64,000 bases of DNA from Microbacterium sp. (GTDB lineage: Bacteria > Actinomycetota > Actinomycetes > Actinomycetales > Microbacteriaceae), in the NCBI RefSeq assembly GCF_044340635.1, contig NZ_JBIITF010000004.1, positions 153,731 to 217,730 on the forward strand. The letters run 5' to 3'. The notes beneath the pieces are model-generated. The model was not told the origin of the DNA, did no database searches, and saw only the letters and a list, made by a program, of their open reading frames with translations. Position 1 is the stretch's first letter. Each line of letters begins with the position of its first letter. Below are positions 1-10,529 of this stretch, one piece after another. The position numbers and the translations under genes are program-made.

Positions 1-780
1 GCGCGTCGCATAACGGAAGAACCCGCCCTCGACCGGATCGCGCAGGGGCGACGCGGCCATCGTCTGCACGGTGCGTGCGGCGAGTGCTGCCGCCTCGGGC
101 GCGTGCTCCGCGAGCCCCGGCGCCTGGAGGAACCGGAGCGCCGTCGCGATCGGAAACTTCGGGGCATCCGCCGAGCCGCCGGAGATGAACCCCCCGTGCG
201 CCGGATCCTCCGCCGCGGCGACCGCGCGCGCAGCACCGGCGAGATCCTCGAGCGTCGGAAGCGACCCGTCGGCCCCCTGCGCCGCGGTGCGCAGGGCCTC
301 GGCGATCGCGTCCGCGGTCCCGTCGACCTCGTCCCGCCGCTCGGTCCACGCCTCTCGCACCGCCGTCAGCACATCGCGGAATGCCGGGACCGGCGGCCGC
401 GCCTCGGGCGGATAGTACGTGCCCGCATAGAAGGGGACGCCGGTCGGCGTCGCGAAGACGGTCAGCGGCCAGCCCAGGTGCGGCGTGAACGCCGCGGCCG
501 CGGAGAGATAGGTGGCGTCGACATCCGGATGCTCCTCCCGATCCACCTTGATGGCGACGAAACCGTCGTTCAACTGCTCCGCGATCGCCTCGTCCGAGAA
601 GGACTCGCGGGCCATGACGTGGCACCAGTGGCACGTCGAGTACCCGATGGACACGAGTACGGGCACATCCCGCCGCGCCGCCTCGGCAAAAGCCTCGGGA
701 CCCCAGGGGTACCACGCGACGGGATTACCCGCGTGCGCGCGCAGGTAGGGGCTGCGTGAGTCGTCCAGGCGAGAGGTCAT
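1..780 (-). CDS. Thioredoxin-domain protein, YyaL/SPATA20 (DUF255) family; 3' end runs off the window
   Basis: Not in the ORF track. Manual translation from ATG at 780: [31 protein letters not shown]...[18 protein letters not shown]...[11 protein letters not shown]...GWPLTVF, the family N-terminal signature. Confidence 0.9.
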   Translation of the reverse strand, partial: MTSRLDDSRSPYLRAHAGNPVAWYPWGPEAFAEAARRDVPVLVSIGYSTCHWCHVMARESFSDEAIAEQLNDGFVAIKVDREEHPDVDATYLSAAAAFTPHLGWPLTVFATPTGVPFYAGTYYPPEARPPVPAFRDVLTAVREAWTERRDEVDGTADAIAEALRTAAQGADGSLPTLEDLAGAARAVAAAEDPAHGGFISGGSADAPKFPIATALRFLQAPGLAEHAPEAAALAARTVQTMAASPLRDPVEGGFFRYATR

Positions 781-932
781 CGGCCGTTCCTTCCCGTGCA
801 TTGCGTTCACAATTCAGTCTCTGCGGCCTGCGGATGTGGGGCCGTGCCCGTCTTTCCAGACCGAATCCGCCGTGCCCATACTCGAAAGACTGAATTGTGA
901 ACGGCTCGCCATCACGAATGACTCGACGCTGA

Positions 933-1778
<846 letters not shown>

Positions 1779-1830
1779 CTAGGGAGCGCACGAGCGCCGG
1801 GCACGGGGTTGACGGGGAATGGCAAGAGCC

Positions 1831-1925
1831 CTACCGCGGACCGAGCGGAACGGGTCTACCGCGGACCGAGCGGAACGGGTCTACCGCGGACCGAGCGGAA
1901 CGGGTCTACCGCGGACCGAGCGGAA
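1831..1925. repeat. 25-bp tandem repeat, about 3.8 copies
   Basis: CTACCGCGGACCGAGCGGAACGGGT at 1831, 1856, 1881 and a partial copy at 1906 that contains the stop codon of the 1906-3234 gene. Confidence 0.95.
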
Positions 1926-3234
1926 GCGGTGCGCGCAGGCCGTAGATGTGCAGTGCGCCGGGCCCGCCCGCGAAGAATGTGTCGAGCGTCGGCGGGGCTG
2001 TGACCGGCACCACGGTGACCAGGTCGTCAGCGAACCGGGCGAGCTCGGCATCCGAGGCGCTCGGCGAACGTCCGTCGTCGCCGACCGCCGCGCTCACGAC
2101 GCCCGCGAGCTGGGTGTGCGCGCGGTACCGCGGGTTGGCCGGGTCGACGTAGTTGCCGTAGGCGCTCCGTACCCCGAAGACCGATCCGGAGCCCGCGGGC
2201 AGGATGCTGTCGCCGACCGCAAGCTGACCGTCGACGTTGAAGGCGTAGCCGCCCGCGGTCGACGCGATCGATCCGGGCGCGAGGGTCGCACCGCACGAGG
2301 GGACGATCTGCAGGTCGATCCCGTCATCTCCCCTCGGCCAGCGCGTGCGCGACATCGCGCCCCGCAAACGGGCATCAGCGTGATCGAGACAGATCTCGAC
2401 CGCGATGTCGGTGGCGGGTCCATCCGTCGTCCCGAGCCGCAGGATCGCGTGGGCATCGAACGGGTCGCGCTTGAGGTCGCCCGCCGACAGATCGACATAG
2501 GGGTGTGCCGACATCTGCTCGGTCACGACGTCGTCGCGACCGGTGACGTCCCAGAGCACGAGGTCCTCGGCGGAGTCGAAGACCTTGTCTGTCGTGGCGG
2601 TGTGCGCGGCGAACGTCGCCCCTGCGGAGCCGAGCGGGGTGGCGCTCACGATCAGCGCGCGGTTGCGTACCTGGACGACCGGATGCGCGTGGCCCCACTG
2701 CAGGTAGTCGTCGATCATGTCGAAGACCTTCGCCGCGTCGTCAGCCGCCGCCTGACGGTACCGGTGCGCGAGGTCGGCGACGACGCCGTTCCGCACCGTC
2801 GTCGTGGCGCGCGAGAACACCTCGCGCGGGTCATCCGCCGCCGCGGTGACCGCGGTGCCGAAGACGAAGACCCAGTTCGGGTACTCGTCCGGCGGGAACT
2901 CCGCGGCCAAACGCTCGAGGATGTGGTCGACCGGGTCGGGCGCGCCGGTCGCGTGCAGATACGGGCCCTGGGGCCCGTGCCAGAAGAACTCGGGGGCGAC
3001 GAAGACGTTCAGCACATCGGTCTCGCCCTCCGGCAGCGCATCGCGGGCCGCGTGGACGGCCGCGCGCATGACCGAGAGCCTGCCCCCGACATCCGCCGCC
3101 ACATCGCCGAGACCGAGGTACGTGCCGCCCATCGCGGACCCGCGGTCGGGGTTGCCGAGGGGCACGATCATCGCCGGGGCGGTCGGGATCGCGTAGCCGA
3201 TAAAGCGCACGTGTGCGAAACCCTCCGAGCCCAT
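1906..3234 (-). CDS. Hypothetical protein, probable divergent nitrilase/carbon-nitrogen hydrolase fold
   Basis: 442-aa ORF with a TAGGAT-N6-ATG leaderless-type start; candidate Glu-Lys-Cys triad in FVAPEFFW, TTDKVFDS and VEICLDH. Confidence 0.6.
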   Translation of the reverse strand: MGSEGFAHVRFIGYAIPTAPAMIVPLGNPDRGSAMGGTYLGLGDVAADVGGRLSVMRAAVHAARDALPEGETDVLNVFVAPEFFWHGPQGPYLHATGAPDPVDHILERLAAEFPPDEYPNWVFVFGTAVTAAADDPREVFSRATTTVRNGVVADLAHRYRQAAADDAAKVFDMIDDYLQWGHAHPVVQVRNRALIVSATPLGSAGATFAAHTATTDKVFDSAEDLVLWDVTGRDDVVTEQMSAHPYVDLSAGDLKRDPFDAHAILRLGTTDGPATDIAVEICLDHADARLRGAMSRTRWPRGDDGIDLQIVPSCGATLAPGSIASTAGGYAFNVDGQLAVGDSILPAGSGSVFGVRSAYGNYVDPANPRYRAHTQLAGVVSAAVGDDGRSPSASDAELARFADDLVTVVPVTAPPTLDTFFAGGPGALHIYGLRAPLPLGPR

Positions 3235-3328
3235 GCGGTCATCCTAGGGTCGCGGGCGTAGACAGCCCGGGATCCACGGCCCACGACCTACGGCTGACCA
3301 TGGCGCGCGCGTCATACGATAGAGGGCT

Positions 3329-6300
3329 ATGCCCGCGCCCGTCCCCGTGATCTCGTTCCCGCCGGAGCTGCCCGTCAGCGCCGCCCGGGAAGAGATCGCG
3401 CGCGCCATCGAGGGCAACCAGGTCGTGATCGTCGCCGGTGCCACCGGGTCGGGCAAGACGACGCAGTTGCCGAAGATCTGCCTCGAACTCGGCCGCACCC
3501 GCATCGCCCACACGCAGCCGCGGCGGCTCGCGGCGCGGACGATCGCCGAGCGCATCGCCGAAGAGCTCGAGGTGCCCCTCGGCACCCTCGTCGGATACAA
3601 GGTGCGGTTCACCGACAACGTGTCCGACCAGACCCTCGTCGCGCTGATGACCGACGGCATCCTGCTGAACGAGATCCACCGCGACCGGTTGCTGCGCCGC
3701 TACGACACCATCATCATCGACGAGGCTCACGAGCGCAGCCTCAACATCGACTTCCTGCTGGGGTACCTGACGCGGATCCTGCCGGAGCGCCCCGACCTCA
3801 AGATCATCGTCACGTCGGCGACCATCGACCCGCAGAGTTTCGCCGCGCACTTCGCGGATGCCGCGGGCACACCTGCCCCGATCGTCGAGGTGTCGGGGCG
3901 GACGTTCCCCGTCGACATCCGGTACCGCCCTTTGGTGGGCGAGGCGGACATCCCGAAGGATCGATCGGGCCGAGCGGGCGCGGAACGGGCCGACGAGGCG
4001 ACGTCAGCCCCATCGCACCTCCGAGATGTTCGGGGCGGGGAGGTCCCTTCGACAAGCTCAGGGACCGAACACGGCTCACCCACGGTCCCTGAGCCTGTCG
4101 AAGGAACCAGCCGCGCCCCGGTCGACGAGCGTGCGTACGACGTCGACGTCGACGAGGTCGCCGGGATCGTCGCGGCGCTGCGCGAACTCGACCGCGAGGC
4201 ACCGGGCGACGTGCTGGTGTTCCTGCCGGGCGAGGCCGAGATCCGAGATGCCGCCGATGCCGTCCGGGGCGCCTACGCGCAGGGCGCGGCCCCCACCGAG
4301 GTACTCCCGCTGTTCGGACGGCTGTCATCGGCAGACCAGCACCGCGTCTTCGAGCCCTCGCGGGTCGCGGGCGTGCGGCGCCGGGTGGTGCTGGCGACCA
4401 ACGTCGCCGAGACGAGCCTCACGGTGCCCGGCATCCGTTACGTGATCGACGTCGGCACGGCCCGAATGTCGCGCTACAGCAATCGCGCGAAGGTGCAGCG
4501 GCTGCCGATCGAGGCCGTGTCGCAGGCGTCGGCGCAGCAGCGTTCCGGCCGCGCCGGACGTACGAGCCCCGGCATCGCAATCCGCCTGTACGCCGCGGAC
4601 GACTTCGCCAAGCGCCCCGAGTTCACCGAACCCGAGATCCTCCGCACGAGCCTGGCCTCGGTCATCCTGCAGATGCTCTCGCTCGGCTTCGGCGACATCG
4701 AGGCCTTCCCGTTCCTCACCCCGCCGGACTCCCGCGGCGTCAAGGCCGCACTCGACTTGCTCGGCGAGCTCGGCGCCGTGGAACCCGGGCGAGGCGCCCC
4801 GCGCCTCACGCGCATCGGGCGCGACATCGCGCGGATGCCGATCGACCCCCGCTTCGCCCGCATGCTGATCGAGGCGCAGCGCACCGGCGCCATTCACGAG
4901 GTCCTGCCGATCGTCGCGGGCATGTCCATCCAGGATGTCCGCGAGCGCCCCGAAGAGCGCCGCGAAGAGGCAGACCGGTTGCACGCGCGCTTCGCCGATC
5001 CGACGAGCGACTTCCTCGCGCTGCTCAACCTCTGGAATCACCTGCAGGAGGCGCAGCGCGAGAACGGATCGAGCGCGTTCCGGCGCCTGTGCCGCGCCGA
5101 GCACCTCAACTATGTCCGCGTGCGGGAGTGGTTCGACGTGCACCGGCAGATCCGCAGCCTCGTCCCCGCGCAGAAGCGCCCGCGCGAGGGTGCCCGTTCC
5201 GACCGCGCCGGTTCCACCGCCGACGAGCAGGCCCTCGACCCCGCCGCGATCCACCGCGCGATCCTCGCGGGTCTGCTCTCACACATCGGCCTGATCGACG
5301 AGCGCGCCGCGCAGAAGGGCGCCGCCCCAGCCCGCCCCGCACCGGCCTCGGAGTATCTCGGAGCCCGAGGCATCCGATTCGCCATCTTCCCCGGCTCGGG
5401 GCTCCGCAAGGCCCGACCGAAGGCGGTCATGGCCGCCGAGCTGGTCGAGACCTCACGTCTCTACGCCCGCACGGTCGCCGCGATCGATCCCGCCTGGGCC
5501 GAGCCCCTCGCGGGTGATCTGGCGAAGCGCCAGGTCAGCGAGCCGCACTGGTCGAAGGATGCCGGGGCCGCCGTCGCGTTCGAGAAGGTCACGCTCTTCG
5601 GGGTCGAGATCATCCCCCGCCGTCGGGTGCAGTTCGCTCGCATCGACCGCGCTGGCGCACGGGAGCTCTTCGTCCGCCACGCCCTGGTCGAGGGCGAATG
5701 GGATCCGTCGACGATCGACAAGCGCCTGACGAGTTTCGCGCGCGCGAACGACGAGCTGCGCCGCCGCCTCGAGCGGGTCGAAGAGCGCGAGCGTCGGCGC
5801 GACATCCTCGCCGGCGACGAGGCCGTTTTCGCGTTCTACGACGCGCGCATTCCGCGGGAGGTCTTCGACGTCCGGTCCTTCGAGAACTGGTGGCGTGAGG
5901 CATCCGCTCACACGCCCAAACTTCTCACGATGCGCGAGCAGGATCTGCTCGAGGGCGAGGCGCGATCGGATGCGGCGGACTTCCCGACCCGTTGGACCCA
6001 GGGCGATCAGACCCTCACCCTCGCCTACCGGTTCGAGCCGGGTGCACCCGATGACGGGGTCGCGGTGATCGTGCCCCTGGCGCTCCTCGCGAGCGTCCGC
6101 CCGGATGGCTTCGACTGGCAGGTTCCCGGGCTGCGACCGGATCTCGTGACGGCGCTGCTGCGAGCGCTGCCGAAGTCCATCCGGCGACACGTCGTGCCCG
6201 CGGCGGACTGGGCCGCAAGATTCGCCGAAGACCTGGCCGGCGCCGGCCCCGAGAACCACGCGGGTCTTCCCCCGACGTCTCTCGCCACGGCGCTGGCGAA

Positions 6301-7450
6301 GCTCGTGCAGCGGGTCGCCAACCAGCCCGTGACGGTCGATGACTTCGAAATGGACCGGGTTCCCGCGCACCTGCGTCCGACTTTCCGTGTCGTGGACGAG
6401 CGTGGACGCACGGTCGGGTCGGGGCGCGACCTGCGCGAGTTGCAGGAGACCCTGTCGGGCCGTGCGCGCGAGAGCGTCGCGACCCGTCTCGCGGCCCCGC
6501 CATCGACGGGGAAGCCTCGGCGTGGCGCGGGTCCGGCCGCGCTGGTCGATCCGTCGCCGAGCACCGGCGCCTCCGTCCGCGAGCGCGAGGGAATCACCAC
6601 CTGGGACCTCGGTGACCTACCGTCCGTCGTCGATACGCGTGTCGCGGGAGGTGTCGTCCGCGGCTATCCGACACTCGTCGATGACGGCGCGAGTGTTTCG
6701 CTCCGCATCGAGACGACCCCGGATGCCGCCGAGCGAACCTTGCGGGTCGGCATCCGCCGACTCGTGCTGCTCGCCGTGCCCTCGCCCGTTTCGTACGTGC
6801 AGGAGCACTTGACCGCGAACGAGAAGCTCGCCCTCGCCGCCTCGCCGTACGCCTCGGCGAAGGCGCTGATCGAGGATTGCCGTGCGGCGGCTGCGGACAC
6901 GCTGATCGGCACGGTGGCGCCGACCGGCGTGGTCCGCAGCGCTGAGGACTTCGCGCGCGTGCGCGATGCGGTCTCGGCCGGGATCGTCGACGCGATGTTC
7001 GCCGCCGTATCGCTGACCGCCCGCATCCTGTTGGCCGCGCGCAACGTCGACAAGGCCCTTCGCGGGCAGAACGCCATGACCCTGCTGGGTGCTCTCGGCG
7101 ATGTGCGCGCGCAGGTCGCGGGCCTGATCTATCCGGGATTCGTGCTGCAGACCGGCACCGCCCGTCTGCCCCATCTGCTCCGGTATCTCGAGGGCGCGCG
7201 CCTGCGACTCGAGGAGCTCGCCGACACCCCGGGTCGCGATCGCCAGCGAATGACCGAGTTCGAACGGGCTGCCGCCCTGTACGCCGAAGCGGGTGGGACG
7301 ATCCCGGTGAGCCCGGATGCCTCGCCGGCCCTCGTCCACACCCGCTGGTTGCTCGAGGAGTACCGCGTCAGCCTGTTCGCGCAGCGCCTGGGCACTGCGG
7401 AGCCCGTCTCGCTCCCCCGCATCACGAAGGCCCTGCGAGAGGGCTCCTGA
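3329..7450 (+). CDS. hrpA: ATP-dependent RNA helicase HrpA
   Basis: GATGSGKT, DEAH, SAT, ATNVAETS, QRSGRAGR motifs; C-terminal RWLLEEYRVSLFAQRLGT (DUF3418-type). Confidence 0.96.
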   Translation: MPAPVPVISFPPELPVSAAREEIARAIEGNQVVIVAGATGSGKTTQLPKICLELGRTRIAHTQPRRLAARTIAERIAEELEVPLGTLVGYKVRFTDNVSDQTLVALMTDGILLNEIHRDRLLRRYDTIIIDEAHERSLNIDFLLGYLTRILPERPDLKIIVTSATIDPQSFAAHFADAAGTPAPIVEVSGRTFPVDIRYRPLVGEADIPKDRSGRAGAERADEATSAPSHLRDVRGGEVPSTSSGTEHGSPTVPEPVEGTSRAPVDERAYDVDVDEVAGIVAALRELDREAPGDVLVFLPGEAEIRDAADAVRGAYAQGAAPTEVLPLFGRLSSADQHRVFEPSRVAGVRRRVVLATNVAETSLTVPGIRYVIDVGTARMSRYSNRAKVQRLPIEAVSQASAQQRSGRAGRTSPGIAIRLYAADDFAKRPEFTEPEILRTSLASVILQMLSLGFGDIEAFPFLTPPDSRGVKAALDLLGELGAVEPGRGAPRLTRIGRDIARMPIDPRFARMLIEAQRTGAIHEVLPIVAGMSIQDVRERPEERREEADRLHARFADPTSDFLALLNLWNHLQEAQRENGSSAFRRLCRAEHLNYVRVREWFDVHRQIRSLVPAQKRPREGARSDRAGSTADEQALDPAAIHRAILAGLLSHIGLIDERAAQKGAAPARPAPASEYLGARGIRFAIFPGSGLRKARPKAVMAAELVETSRLYARTVAAIDPAWAEPLAGDLAKRQVSEPHWSKDAGAAVAFEKVTLFGVEIIPRRRVQFARIDRAGARELFVRHALVEGEWDPSTIDKRLTSFARANDELRRRLERVEERERRRDILAGDEAVFAFYDARIPREVFDVRSFENWWREASAHTPKLLTMREQDLLEGEARSDAADFPTRWTQGDQTLTLAYRFEPGAPDDGVAVIVPLALLASVRPDGFDWQVPGLRPDLVTALLRALPKSIRRHVVPAADWAARFAEDLAGAGPENHAGLPPTSLATALAKLVQRVANQPVTVDDFEMDRVPAHLRPTFRVVDERGRTVGSGRDLRELQETLSGRARESVATRLAAPPSTGKPRRGAGPAALVDPSPSTGASVREREGITTWDLGDLPSVVDTRVAGGVVRGYPTLVDDGASVSLRIETTPDAAERTLRVGIRRLVLLAVPSPVSYVQEHLTANEKLALAASPYASAKALIEDCRAAAADTLIGTVAPTGVVRSAEDFARVRDAVSAGIVDAMFAAVSLTARILLAARNVDKALRGQNAMTLLGALGDVRAQVAGLIYPGFVLQTGTARLPHLLRYLEGARLRLEELADTPGRDRQRMTEFERAAALYAEAGGTIPVSPDASPALVHTRWLLEEYRVSLFAQRLGTAEPVSLPRITKALREGS
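3944..4033. repeat. 90-bp imperfect hairpin (family A) inside hrpA
   Basis: Left arm GCGGACATCCCGAAGGATCG, right arm GCACCTCCGAGATGTTCGG; same arm spacing (71 nt) and length as the hairpin at 38223-38312. Confidence 0.85.
4046..4104. repeat. REP-like inverted repeat (family B) inside hrpA
   Basis: 22-bp arms CCTTCGACAAGCTCAGGGACCG / CGGTCCCTGAGCCTGTCGAAGG, one mismatch, 15-nt loop. Confidence 0.9.
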
Positions 7451-7497
7451 CCGTCAGGCCCGCCTGAACCCCGCCGCGGCAAGAAGTGGGGCATGTC

Positions 7498-7564
7498 GAG
7501 TGCTGTGGGGCACGACAGAACCTGCCCCACAGCATTCAACCCGCCCCGGTTCGAAACGGGCGGG
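7498..7564. repeat. Two adjacent hairpins after hrpA (REP-like and/or terminator)
   Basis: GAGTGCTGTGGGGCA (7498-7512) pairs with TGCCCCACAGCATTC (7523-7537); CCCGCCC (7540-7546) pairs with GGGCGGG (7558-7564). Confidence 0.7.
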
Positions 7565-7630
7565 CCCCGCGCGACGCGAGGTCTACGCTCGAGACAGATC
7601 GCCATCCCCGACGAGGAAGAACGCATCACC

Positions 7631-8572
7631 ATGACCCGCGCTATCGTCTACACCGAGTTCGGCGGCCCCGAGGTTCTCGCGGTCACCGAGGCCCCGACCC
7701 CCGAACTGCGTCCCGCCCACCTGATCGTCCGGGTCGAGGCCGCGGGCGTCAACCCGATCGACGCCAAGTTGCGCGCGGGCAGGCGCGGCGCCGCGCCTCT
7801 CGAATCTCCGAGGCACATCGGCCGCGACGGCGCCGGCGTGGTCGTCGCCGTCGGCGATGATGTGCAGGGCTTCCGGGTCGGCGACCCTGTGGCCTTCCGC
7901 GAGACGTCCGGCACCTACGCGAGCGAGGTGCGGGTCGCCGCGCACAACGCGATTCCCCGCCCGCCCTCGGTCTCGGCCGCCGCGGGTGCCGGCATCGGCA
8001 TCCCGGTGGGAACGGCGTACCAGGTGCTCCGCTCGCTCGATGTGGGCGCGGGCGACACCCTTCTGCTGCACGCGGGATCCGGATCCGTCGGCCAGGCCGC
8101 CATCCAGTACGCCCGGCTCTGGGGAGCCACCGTCATCGCGACCGCGAGCGAGCGCCGTTTCGACCGCGTGCGCGAACTCGGTGCCACCCCGGTGGCCTAC
8201 GGGTCGGGCCTGCTCGAGCGCGTTCGCGAGGCGGCACCTCAGGGCATCACGGTCGCGTTCGATGCCGCAGGAACGGATGAGGCCCTCGAGACATCCCTCG
8301 AACTCGTTGCCGACCGCAACCGCATCGGCACGATCGTGCGAGGACGGGATGCCGCGGACTACGGCCTGCGTGCCTTCTCGGGCGGAAGCTCGGTTCCGCT
8401 GACCGACACCGAACTCGGGTGGCGCGCCGAAGCATTCCCCACCACGATGGCGCTGCTCGCCGCGGGCGTGTTCTCGATCGAGGCGGGCCCCTCGTTCTCG
8501 CTCGAGAACGCGGCCGAGGCACACCGCGCGATCGAAAGCGGTGTCGACGGCAAGATCGTCATCGTCCCGTAG
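7631..8572 (+). CDS. NADPH:quinone oxidoreductase / MDR (zinc-binding dehydrogenase superfamily)
   Basis: MTRAIVYTEFGGPEVL, AAGVNPID, AGSGSVGQAAIQ, GKIVIVP. Confidence 0.9.
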   Translation: MTRAIVYTEFGGPEVLAVTEAPTPELRPAHLIVRVEAAGVNPIDAKLRAGRRGAAPLESPRHIGRDGAGVVVAVGDDVQGFRVGDPVAFRETSGTYASEVRVAAHNAIPRPPSVSAAAGAGIGIPVGTAYQVLRSLDVGAGDTLLLHAGSGSVGQAAIQYARLWGATVIATASERRFDRVRELGATPVAYGSGLLERVREAAPQGITVAFDAAGTDEALETSLELVADRNRIGTIVRGRDAADYGLRAFSGGSSVPLTDTELGWRAEAFPTTMALLAAGVFSIEAGPSFSLENAAEAHRAIESGVDGKIVIVP

Positions 8573-8574
8573 TG

Positions 8575-9417
8575 CTAACCCGGATTCGGCCTCGTGACGA
8601 CGGGACGCTCCGGGTGATTCGACCACTGACTCCACGATCCCGGGTACAGGGTGGGCGCGAGACCCGCGATCCGCAGGGCGACGAACGCGTGCGATGCCGT
8701 CACTCCCGATCCGCAGGACACGGCGACGGGCGACGCGTCGTCGACGCCGGCCTCCGCGAAGCGGGCGCGCAAGGCCTCGGGCCCCAGGAATCGTCCGTCC
8801 GCGTCGACATTGCCCGTCGTCGGCACGTTGATCGAGCCCGGGATGTGGCCAGCCCGGGGGTCGATCGGCTCGACATCGCCGCGATAGCGTTCGGGCGCAC
8901 GGACGTCGAGCAGGGCACCGGATGCCGCGAGCTCCGCGGCCTCGTCGATCGAGACCTGAGCGAGCTGCCCCGCCACAAGGCTCACGGACCCGGGCTTAGG
9001 CACGGCGTCTCCTTCGTCGAGCGGCAGCCCGGCGTCGGTCCAGGCCCGCAGCGATCCGTCGAGGATCCGCACGTCCTCGACACCCGCATCGGTGAGCACC
9101 CACCACGCCCGCGCCGCAGAGAGCGACTTCAGGTCGTCGTAGACGACCACGGTGTCACCGTCGTTGATCCCCCATCGACGCGCCGCGGCCTGCAATGCCG
9201 AGACGTCCGGAAGCGGGTGACGCCCGTCCGTCGGTTCACCGTGCGCCGCCAGGTCGTCGTCGAGACTGACGTACACGGCCCCCGGAATGTGCCCCGCGAG
9301 GTATTCGGGGCGCCCGTCCGGTCGATCCAGGCGCCACCGCACGTCGAGCACGCGCACGGGCGCACCCGCGGCGATCAGGGCGGCGAGGGCGTCGGGGGTG
9401 ATGAGGATGTCGGACAT
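8575..9417 (-). CDS. Two-domain rhodanese / 3-mercaptopyruvate sulfurtransferase
   Basis: LDVRW, GHIPGA, active-site loop SCGSGVTA, LYPGSWSQWS. Confidence 0.92.
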   Translation of the reverse strand: MSDILITPDALAALIAAGAPVRVLDVRWRLDRPDGRPEYLAGHIPGAVYVSLDDDLAAHGEPTDGRHPLPDVSALQAAARRWGINDGDTVVVYDDLKSLSAARAWWVLTDAGVEDVRILDGSLRAWTDAGLPLDEGDAVPKPGSVSLVAGQLAQVSIDEAAELAASGALLDVRAPERYRGDVEPIDPRAGHIPGSINVPTTGNVDADGRFLGPEALRARFAEAGVDDASPVAVSCGSGVTASHAFVALRIAGLAPTLYPGSWSQWSNHPERPVVTRPNPG

Positions 9418-9544
9418 GGTTCTCCCGTCTACAGCTCCAGGGTAGGTCGCGGCGCCCGGGCCCCGCTCGTGCCATCCGCGCGAAGACTCGAGCACCGCGC
9501 GATACCCCCCGCGGCACGTCCCACCCCGCGGGTAGGCTCGGGGC

Positions 9545-10528
9545 ATGAGTGGACTGCGCTGGGGAATCCTCGCGACGGGCGGCATCGCCCGCACCTTCAC
9601 CCACGACCTGCACGTCGCGGGCCGAGAGATCGTCGCGGTCGGGTCGCGATCGGATGTCTCGGCGCGGGCGTTCGCCGAAGAGTTCGGCATCCCCCACGCG
9701 CACGGTTCGTACGAGGCCCTCCTCGCCGACCCGGACGTGGACATCGTCTACGTCGCGACGCCGCATCCGTCGCACGCAGAGAACGCGCTCGCGGTCATCG
9801 CCGCAGGCAAGCACGTGCTGGTCGAGAAGCCGTTCACCCTGAACGCCGCCGAGGCCGCCGCCGTCCGCGACGCCGCGGCCGCGCGCGGCGTGCTCGTGCT
9901 CGAGGCGATGTGGACGCGCTATCTGCCCCACATGGTGCGGATCCGCGAACTGATGGCCGAGGGCGCGATCGGTGAGGTGCGGGCCGTCTTCGCCGACCAC
10001 ACCCAGCAGATCTCCGATGACCCGGGTCACCGCCTGAACGCGCTCGAGCTCGGCGGCGGCGCGCTGCTCGACCTCGGGATCTATCCCGTTTCGTTCGCCT
10101 GGGACATCCTGGGGCACCCCGAAACGATCGTCGCGTCGGCTCGCAAGAGCGAGACCGGCGCCGACACCGAGATCGCGACGATCTTCACCCACGCATCCGG
10201 AGCGATCTCGACCACGATCACGTCGTCGCGCGCGGCCGGGCCCAACACGGCGCACATCGTGGGCACCGAGGGTCGAATCGACGTCGATCGCACCTGGTAC
10301 AACGCGACGTCGTTCCGGCTGACCGGACCCGACGGCACGCTGCGCGAACACTACGTCTCGCACGTGCAGGGTCGCGGCATGCAGTATCAGGCCCTCGCGG
10401 CCGAGCGACTCGTCGCCGAAGGCAATCTTGTCGGCGACCTCCTGACGATCGATGAGACGGTGGACATCATGGCGACACTCGACGAGATCCGGGGCCAGAT
10501 CGGCCTCGTCTACCCGGGCGAGGCCTGA
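9545..10528 (+). CDS. Gfo/Idh/MocA family oxidoreductase
   Basis: LRWGILATGGIA, GKHVLVEKP, EAMWTRY, GGGALLDLGIY. Confidence 0.92.
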   Translation: MSGLRWGILATGGIARTFTHDLHVAGREIVAVGSRSDVSARAFAEEFGIPHAHGSYEALLADPDVDIVYVATPHPSHAENALAVIAAGKHVLVEKPFTLNAAEAAAVRDAAAARGVLVLEAMWTRYLPHMVRIRELMAEGAIGEVRAVFADHTQQISDDPGHRLNALELGGGALLDLGIYPVSFAWDILGHPETIVASARKSETGADTEIATIFTHASGAISTTITSSRAAGPNTAHIVGTEGRIDVDRTWYNATSFRLTGPDGTLREHYVSHVQGRGMQYQALAAERLVAEGNLVGDLLTIDETVDIMATLDEIRGQIGLVYPGEA

Positions 10529-10529
10529 C

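Noticed and set aside
1831-1925. Possible CRISPR array
   Set aside because: The repeats abut with no spacers and no cas genes are present; it is a plain tandem repeat.
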